Source of the DNA: Candidatus Thorarchaeota archaeon
GTDB lineage: Archaea > Asgardarchaeota > Thorarchaeia > Thorarchaeales > Thorarchaeaceae
NCBI GenBank assembly: GCA_029858305.1
Contig: JAOUFI010000009.1
Span: 1 to 55,208, forward strand
Length of the DNA: 55,208 nt
Reading direction: 5' to 3'
Below are positions 49,681-55,208 of this stretch, one piece after another. The number at the start of each line of letters is the position of its first letter. The first letter of the stretch is position 1. The notes below the pieces were generated by a model. The model was not told the DNA's origin, searched no databases, and was given only the letters and a program-made list of their open reading frames with translations. The position numbers and the translations under genes are program-made.

Positions 49681-49905
49681 CCTCACTCAACAACGCTTCC
49701 TCCGTCGCACGACAACTGAATCTCAGTTGGTTCCCTGTACTGAACAGACCGACTCTATTTAATAAACTTGTGATTTTTTTGCATTTGCACAAAATTACAT
49801 CCAATCCCCACTATATCCAAGGCGGCATATTGCAAATCAATGACTAATTCGAGGTAGATATCACTAACTGCCTCTCTGCTTTGAGTACAAGTCCATAAGA
49901 AATAA
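49681..49905. repeat. Module A copy 2
   Basis: Colinear with 47911-48138 and abutting the CCA end of tRNA-Arg(CCG). Confidence 0.9.
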
Positions 49906-49983
49906 TGGCGGGACCGCCCGGATTTGAACCGGGGAATACCAACTCCGGAGGCTGGCGCCTTATCCAGGCTAGACTACGGCCCC
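49906..49983 (-). tRNA. tRNA-Arg(CCG), CCA encoded
   Basis: Reverse complement GGGGCCGTAGTCTAGCCTGGATAAGGCGCCAGCCT-CCG-GAGTTGGTATTCCCCGGTTCAAATCCGGGCGGTCCCGCCA; all stems pair. Confidence 0.93.
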
Positions 49984-50034
49984 AAGAGGCTAAAGATAAG
50001 GGATCGCTTAAAGAATTTGCTCCAAGTGCCGGTT

Positions 50035-50556
50035 TCAAAAGAGAATAGATGTAGGATCCACCAGCCACCAAGCACCCCGTTTATTCCTAACAAAACCTTT
50101 CTTGTATTCGAGCACCGGAGAGCCCAATATTTCCATCGCACGATTATTGAGTCTATCAATTCTATCTAAGATGGTTCGTCTCTTCTGCGCATCTCCGAGG
50201 AGGTGCTCCGCGAGCTCAGGAGTTGTTCCGCCTTCATTCCGAATAAAGAAAGCCAACAATTTCCGATCAAGATCATCAGCACTAATCTGTTCCTTTGCTG
50301 TCTTATTGAGGTCTCCAAGAAACACGCTTGTTGCTTGCGATCGTTCTAGGTGTTCAACGCGAGTCTTTAGTTGAGCAATCTCTTCTGATAGCTCAAGAAA
50401 CATTGGTGGTAAATCCTGATCCAATCTCCACTCAATAGCCTCGTGAATATACCTCTGACGGTTTCTTTCTCCTGCTGTAATGTCTATCCGGTCTAGTAAG
50501 GACTTTTCAAGACGTACACGAATGCTCACTGCTTCGTCGTCATCCTTCTTACCCAT
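50035..50556 (-). CDS. Putative DNA-binding protein: RHH + coiled coil + winged HTH
   Basis: SIRVRLEKSLLDRID..NRQRYIHEAIEWRL (RHH), a heptad stretch, then DRKLLAFF..TTPELAEHL (wHTH). Likely start MGKK at 50556. Confidence 0.7.
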   Translation of the reverse strand: MGKKDDDEAVSIRVRLEKSLLDRIDITAGERNRQRYIHEAIEWRLDQDLPPMFLELSEEIAQLKTRVEHLERSQATSVFLGDLNKTAKEQISADDLDRKLLAFFIRNEGGTTPELAEHLLGDAQKRRTILDRIDRLNNRAMEILGSPVLEYKKGFVRNKRGAWWLVDPTSILF

Positions 50557-50695
50557 CTTCTCTACTCCTGCTGTACGAGATACTGTGAACGGACTCCTTT
50601 TGACATCCCGAGAACAAAAGGGTTGCCTTCGTTCTCTTTCGACACAGTTATAAAACAAACCACTAGCCATGGCTAAAATGCGATGGTGAGAGTCG

Positions 50696-51073
50696 ATGGT
50701 GAATAAAGAAAAGAACCTCAAGCGAGAACGAATACGACTGAGTAAAAGTCAGAATCCTCAGCAAATCGACTACAAGAGAATGGATAAAAAAAGATCAATC
50801 AAGACTGAGTTCTGGAAGCTGAAGAAGAGGGGTACAGCTATCCCTGCAAAAGTGACAGCATCAAAGAAGGCTGAGAAGGCACCAAAACCAGCGAAAGAAA
50901 AGAAGAAGAAAGAGAAAGAACCAGAACTTGAGGTTATCGAGGAAGAAATTGAGGCTATTGAAGAAGAGCCTGAAATCGAAGAGATTGATGAAGAACTCGA
51001 GGATCTATACTCCTATGACGAGGATATAGACGAGGAATTCGACGACGAAGATGAGATTGAAGAGTCTGAGTAG
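50696..51073 (+). CDS. Charge-polarised small protein (basic N-terminus, very acidic C-terminus)
   Basis: GGTGA RBS; K/R-rich first ~75 aa and D/E-rich last ~50 aa. Confidence 0.7.
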   Translation: MVNKEKNLKRERIRLSKSQNPQQIDYKRMDKKRSIKTEFWKLKKRGTAIPAKVTASKKAEKAPKPAKEKKKKEKEPELEVIEEEIEAIEEEPEIEEIDEELEDLYSYDEDIDEEFDDEDEIEESE

Positions 51074-51165
51074 AACGTAATACTTGACTCCACCACTCAT
51101 CCAAAAGAATAAGACGGACATTACCTATCTTCACAGTCTGAGAACCCTATAAGAGGCTGATAGAA

Positions 51166-51996
51166 ATGACCACTCTTCTTCAGATTATCAAGCGTCTACA
51201 AGAACTATCACCTCGAGAGATGACGATTCAAGGTCTAGAGGATCGGGTAGAGATAGGTCCTCAGAATCCTACAGAACAGGCAAACACAACAATAAACAGG
51301 ATTCTTATCGCCACTTATCCCTCCGCAAGAGTCGTGACAAAGGCATCTCAAGATAAATCAAACCTGCTCGTCACATATAGACCCCTATTTCCGTATGTCA
51401 TAGACAGACTCTCTGGTCTTGATCTTGTGAGAGTACGACTACTCACAAAGAACTATATCTCATCCTACGTCATGGGAAGTGGTTGGCTATGCGCAAGAGA
51501 TGGTCTAAATGATGCTCTGTGCGATGCACTTGGTGTGGAGAGGATAGGAGATTTTCTAGCAGAGGGTGATTATGGCGAGTATGTGCCCTTTGGCAGGATC
51601 TGCAAACCGCAAAGCGTCAAGAATCACTCTGGTTTTGTAAATTATGTTGCATCCAAATTAAATCTCAACACAATAATGTTCTCCGGAGATTTGGATGATG
51701 AGGTTGGTGACTTCTTATTGGTTGCCGGATGTCATGTAGATATGCCGCATATCATCAATGCAAAGAAGCAGGACATCGATACCCTTGTAACTGGCGAATT
51801 GGCTCCAGAAATTAGACTTCTAGCTCATGAAGAGGGCATCAACACTCTTGAACTCGGTAGCTTTGTGACAGAAGATCCGGGAATGAAGAGGCTTCGGGAT
51901 AGTATCAGTCTTGAATACCCGGAGCTGAAAGTTGAGTTCATGGCATCTACACAAGTTGCTCATGGACTTAGGCCATACAAGGAAGATATGGCATAG
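51166..51996 (+). CDS. Nif3/YbgI-like protein with a degenerate metal site
   Basis: LLVTYRP, GLNDALCDALG, DTLVTGE, ELGSFVTEDPGMKRL. Confidence 0.75.
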   Translation: MTTLLQIIKRLQELSPREMTIQGLEDRVEIGPQNPTEQANTTINRILIATYPSARVVTKASQDKSNLLVTYRPLFPYVIDRLSGLDLVRVRLLTKNYISSYVMGSGWLCARDGLNDALCDALGVERIGDFLAEGDYGEYVPFGRICKPQSVKNHSGFVNYVASKLNLNTIMFSGDLDDEVGDFLLVAGCHVDMPHIINAKKQDIDTLVTGELAPEIRLLAHEEGINTLELGSFVTEDPGMKRLRDSISLEYPELKVEFMASTQVAHGLRPYKEDMA

Positions 51997-52009
51997 CAGG
52001 CAAAGCACA

Positions 52010-52900
52010 TCAGTCAGCTGGTGGCATCCGTATCAATATTACATTCTTGTTTTTCGGAACTCCTACATGTCGTGCCACTGGGTCACACTTTGTTCTCATG
52101 ATATGAACTGTCGGACAGGTTGGTTCAAACTCTGTCAACGACTCGAAGTTACCCATGCCTTTTGCTATAATTAGCTCAGATGAAAAGAAGAGGTCTTTGA
52201 ACGCGTTGGAACTACGTTCGAGGTTAACACCTATGGCAGAGGTACCAGTATCAATAACGTGATCAGCATAGTCACGTAGATGGACCTCCTCAGCGTCGAT
52301 CCTTGTTGCATCGTTCAAAACGGGACCGCCTTTTACAACTGCGACTACCTTTGGACCAATCCGTTTTATCTCACGTATGAGAATTAAATCAAGAACGAGT
52401 TCTCCAGCATTATCTAGGAGGTAGAAAACACTCTTTACATCTTGGCAAAGTAATCGTACGTCCTCGATTTGGTCGACTGCAAGATCGGTTTCTACATTAT
52501 CTATGATAGCCTTTAGTTCGCTTAGAGAAAACTCACGACCAGACACATCAAATTCAATGGCGTTTGCAGCTGCTGCAATCAAAGTAGCTATTCTGAATCT
52601 CGAGGCAGGTTCAGTAAATCCTTCGACAAGCTGAAGTAGTTCTGGAAAAATACTTAGTGCCATCAGATTTGATTGATGTTTCAAATCTTTGTATGGGTCA
52701 CAGCCAGTCATGCGTTGGACAAGAAGATCCCTGTCAGTACCAATATGGCTAGGTACCGCATCACTGTTGAAGTTCTCACCAAGAAATCGAGTCATTGCTT
52801 CAATGACCTTCATCTGGAGTTTGGGGTCGTCTGTGGCAAGTCGTACTTGATTTCCTGCTCGTTCTAAGAGACAATGGGCACATTCAAGAGATACCTTCAC
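52010..52900 (-). CDS. DUF89/ARMT1-like damage-control phosphatase
   Basis: ECAHC, DPYKDLK, LLDNAGE, PVLNDAT, IAKGMGNFESL, KCDPVA. Confidence 0.9.
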   Translation of the reverse strand: MKVSLECAHCLLERAGNQVRLATDDPKLQMKVIEAMTRFLGENFNSDAVPSHIGTDRDLLVQRMTGCDPYKDLKHQSNLMALSIFPELLQLVEGFTEPASRFRIATLIAAAANAIEFDVSGREFSLSELKAIIDNVETDLAVDQIEDVRLLCQDVKSVFYLLDNAGELVLDLILIREIKRIGPKVVAVVKGGPVLNDATRIDAEEVHLRDYADHVIDTGTSAIGVNLERSSNAFKDLFFSSELIIAKGMGNFESLTEFEPTCPTVHIMRTKCDPVARHVGVPKNKNVILIRMPPAD

Positions 52901-52955
52901 TCACATCGCCAAGACAAAAGCCAATCCGATCTAGTGAAAAATGAACCGGATTATG

Positions 52956-53645
52956 CTATTTACTCAATGGTGATACCAAATCAGATAGGACTGGTTCTGG
53001 CTTGTCTGAATTCGCAACTGCAGAGGCCAATAGCACTCCCTGAGCTCCTAACTTGATTGCTGCAGCGACATCGTCACCGTTGCCAATTCCAGCACCACAT
53101 AGAATCACTACCTTCTTGTTCACCTTTCGAATCTTTTCAACGGTACCTGAGATTATCTCTGGCTGTGCTTGGGAAACTGATATTCCAGAACCTATTAGCT
53201 CAGGGGGTTCTACAGCTACAGACCAAGGATTCATACATGCGGCAGCCACACTCACCTGTATATTGTTCGTGCAGACGACGGTGAAGAGGTTGATTTTGTG
53301 TGATTTTGTTATGGATTCCTCTATATCCGCTAGTTGCATCCTTTTTTCAGAATGGTTGAGGAGAGTCCCGGTGCATCCGGATTCGACCAGAGTGTCGCCA
53401 AGAACATGACCGGTGAATCGTCCAGGTTCACCTGGATCCATATGTTGTGAAAAGACTGGTATTTCTACTGCTTTTGCGACCCGAAACAAGTCGGGTATCT
53501 GTGGAGCAATTACTATTGGCACGTCATATTTATTCGAAACCCGCTCACAGGTCTGAGCCAATAGGACTGCTTTTTCTCCTGTTGCTTTGGTATAGGTCTT
53601 GAAATTGATAATTACGACTGGAGTTTCAATTTTAACCACAAACAT
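52956..53645 (-). CDS. tpiA: Triosephosphate isomerase, archaeal type
   Basis: INFKTY, LLNHSE, AVEPPELIGSG, LCGAGI, GVLLAS. Confidence 0.96.
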   Translation of the reverse strand: MFVVKIETPVVIINFKTYTKATGEKAVLLAQTCERVSNKYDVPIVIAPQIPDLFRVAKAVEIPVFSQHMDPGEPGRFTGHVLGDTLVESGCTGTLLNHSEKRMQLADIEESITKSHKINLFTVVCTNNIQVSVAAACMNPWSVAVEPPELIGSGISVSQAQPEIISGTVEKIRKVNKKVVILCGAGIGNGDDVAAAIKLGAQGVLLASAVANSDKPEPVLSDLVSPLSK

Positions 53646-53723
53646 CCCACCTGGGTACTACAAGCAACTAAACCCTTGATTAAAACTTTGTTGGACAGAA
53701 TTTGTGGCAAGACTTGTGGTCAT

Positions 53724-54287
53724 CTATCTAGCTGAGCCAATGAGTAGCTTCATGATTGGCACGCGAGCATAGCCTCTTCGATTCAGATCTGTAATAGGTT
53801 TCCGTACCTCGATCTTAACGAATTTACCGGCCTCAGCGGACTTATAGTAGTGCATGAAAGTCTTGGAGAACTCCGTGAAGTTCGCTGCAGAGAGGAGTTC
53901 GGTTGCAACATCATTAGAAATGCGAACATGTGCATCTTGATCAGTCATTGCACCAGCCTTTATTGTTACTTGGCCAAGAGGAACCTTTCCAATCCAAAAC
54001 CGTTCGCCCATTGCCATAAATTCAATATAGAACTCATCAGTCCCTTCAATCCCAGCGCCCATGCGTGAATCATTGAACATGTACATCAACCGGTCCTGAA
54101 TTGATGCGTGGTAAGGAATTGTTGATTCTCTGCCCACTGGTACTTCCTCAGTGGCAGTGACTTCGGATTCTGTGGCTCTTTCAATACTAGGCTCGGTTTC
54201 TTCAGCCTGGACCTCATCTTTTTCGGTATCATCAATAGTTTCTTGCTTTTCTTCGCCTGACTTCTTGCGCCTAAAAAATCGTGACAT
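53724..54287 (-). CDS. Hypothetical protein: acidic disordered N-terminus plus a possible SCP2-like domain
   Basis: Likely start MSRFFRRKK at 54287; VTIKAGAMTDQDAHVRISNDVATELLS recalls an SCP2 pattern. Confidence 0.6.
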   Translation of the reverse strand: MSRFFRRKKSGEEKQETIDDTEKDEVQAEETEPSIERATESEVTATEEVPVGRESTIPYHASIQDRLMYMFNDSRMGAGIEGTDEFYIEFMAMGERFWIGKVPLGQVTIKAGAMTDQDAHVRISNDVATELLSAANFTEFSKTFMHYYKSAEAGKFVKIEVRKPITDLNRRGYARVPIMKLLIGSAR

Positions 54288-54419
54288 ATCCAGATTCGCT
54301 CCTAATTGCAAATTGAGCATAATGCTCAGCATTCGGTATGAGATGATTTCTTCATCTAACTGCAATGCTTAGGCAGAAAACCTACTTAGATGTAGAAAAA
54401 GATAGCTCAGTTGTATCCA

Positions 54420-54650
54420 TCAGGTTGAAGGATTTGGTTTTTGTACTCCGGAAATTAGAGCCATTTTCTCGAGTTGGGTCACTAGTGGGACTCCACCCGA
54501 TATCTTCCGTTCTCCCCAGAGCTCATCAACCAGAAGGTCTCTGATTGCTATTCTAATGACCTCTGAACGATTCGGATACTTATTCTGACCAATTAATTTG
54601 TCCACACCATCAACATAGGACTCAGGTAAGCAGATAGTGACGACTCTCAT
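54420..54650 (-). CDS. Ribbon-helix-helix (CopG/CdrS-like) regulator
   Basis: MRVVTICLPESYVDGVDKLI..YPNRSEVIRIAIRDLL. Confidence 0.85.
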   Translation of the reverse strand: MRVVTICLPESYVDGVDKLIGQNKYPNRSEVIRIAIRDLLVDELWGERKISGGVPLVTQLEKMALISGVQKPNPST

Positions 54651-54728
54651 AGTGACCAAGAACAAACAAAACAAACACTGTAAAGAACCGGTGTCTGATT
54701 GTAGTGCGTATCAGGGTAATACTTACCA

Positions 54729-55208
54729 TTAAGGGCGAAGAACTATTTTTCCGAACTGTTCCCCATGTTCGAGAATCTCGTGAGCCTCTTTTGCCTTTGA
54801 GAGGGGATAGATGCGGTCTACTACAGGTCTAATCTTCCCACTCCAGACCAGCTTTAAGGCAGTTCGTAATTCATCCCTGCTACCCATGGTTGAGCCCAAT
54901 ATCTCAAGTTGTTTCCAAAATATAAGATTGAGATTGGTCTCAGCTTTTGGACCTGAGGTTGCGCCACAAGTCACCAGTTTTCCACCTTTTCTTAGACTCT
55001 TTAGACTTCTATCCCATGTTGCCAGCCCCACTGAGTCCAGAACAACATCGACTCCACGATTCTTTGTCACTCGATAGATCTCCTTGTGATACTCAGGACT
55101 TGTTCTATGATTGATTGTAATGTTTGCACCAAGCGTTTCCGATTTTTTCAGTTTTTCATCTGAGGAACTGGTGACAATCACTCTAGCACCAGCAGTCTTG
55201 GCAATCTG
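54729..55208 (-). CDS. Zinc-binding/MDR family dehydrogenase, C-terminal part (start outside the window)
   Basis: GVDVVLDSVG, GGKLVTCGATSG, ILGSTMG, FGKIVL; the frame runs to the window edge. Confidence 0.9.
   Translation of the reverse strand, partial: QIAKTAGARVIVTSSSDEKLKKSETLGANITINHRTSPEYHKEIYRVTKNRGVDVVLDSVGLATWDRSLKSLRKGGKLVTCGATSGPKAETNLNLIFWKQLEILGSTMGSRDELRTALKLVWSGKIRPVVDRIYPLSKAKEAHEILEHGEQFGKIVLRP

Noticed and set aside
45911-49983. CRISPR array or prophage/integrated element interpretation of the repeats
   Set aside because: The repeats are tRNA-derived, ~0.8-1.2 kb apart and diverged. No cas, integrase, capsid or replication genes are present.
50557-50721. N-terminal extension of the RHH-wHTH ORF
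   Set aside because: It overlaps the divergent gene and its promoter region; the domain starts at MGKK (50556).

Overview
Archaeal chromosomal window, most likely from an Asgard archaeon of the Thorarchaeia type. That placement is inferred from gene content and protein style, not from a search. In order it holds a 5'-truncated giant (>3600 aa) single-pass surface protein with a repeated cytoplasmic tail, an orphan amino-DNA methyltransferase, a class III aminotransferase, a PolB1-type DNA polymerase, a GIFT/IFT52-like protein and two GT-C-type membrane proteins. Next come a nurA-herA-mre11-rad50 operon, a possible mu-homology/DUF11 beta-sandwich protein, a DUF1998 helicase-arcS-raSEA cluster, tandem thioredoxins, several enzyme folds that have lost their metal ligands, tpiA and others. 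The most striking structure is at 45.9-50.0 kb. Two intact tRNA-Arg genes (GCG and CCG) bracket two full-length tRNA-Arg pseudocopies, one 3' fragment and three kinds of repeated flanking modules, and these alternate with short, divergent, mostly membrane-protein genes. It looks like a tRNA-templated cassette array, and no integrase is present in the window. All family calls come from motif recognition by eye; no database search was run.
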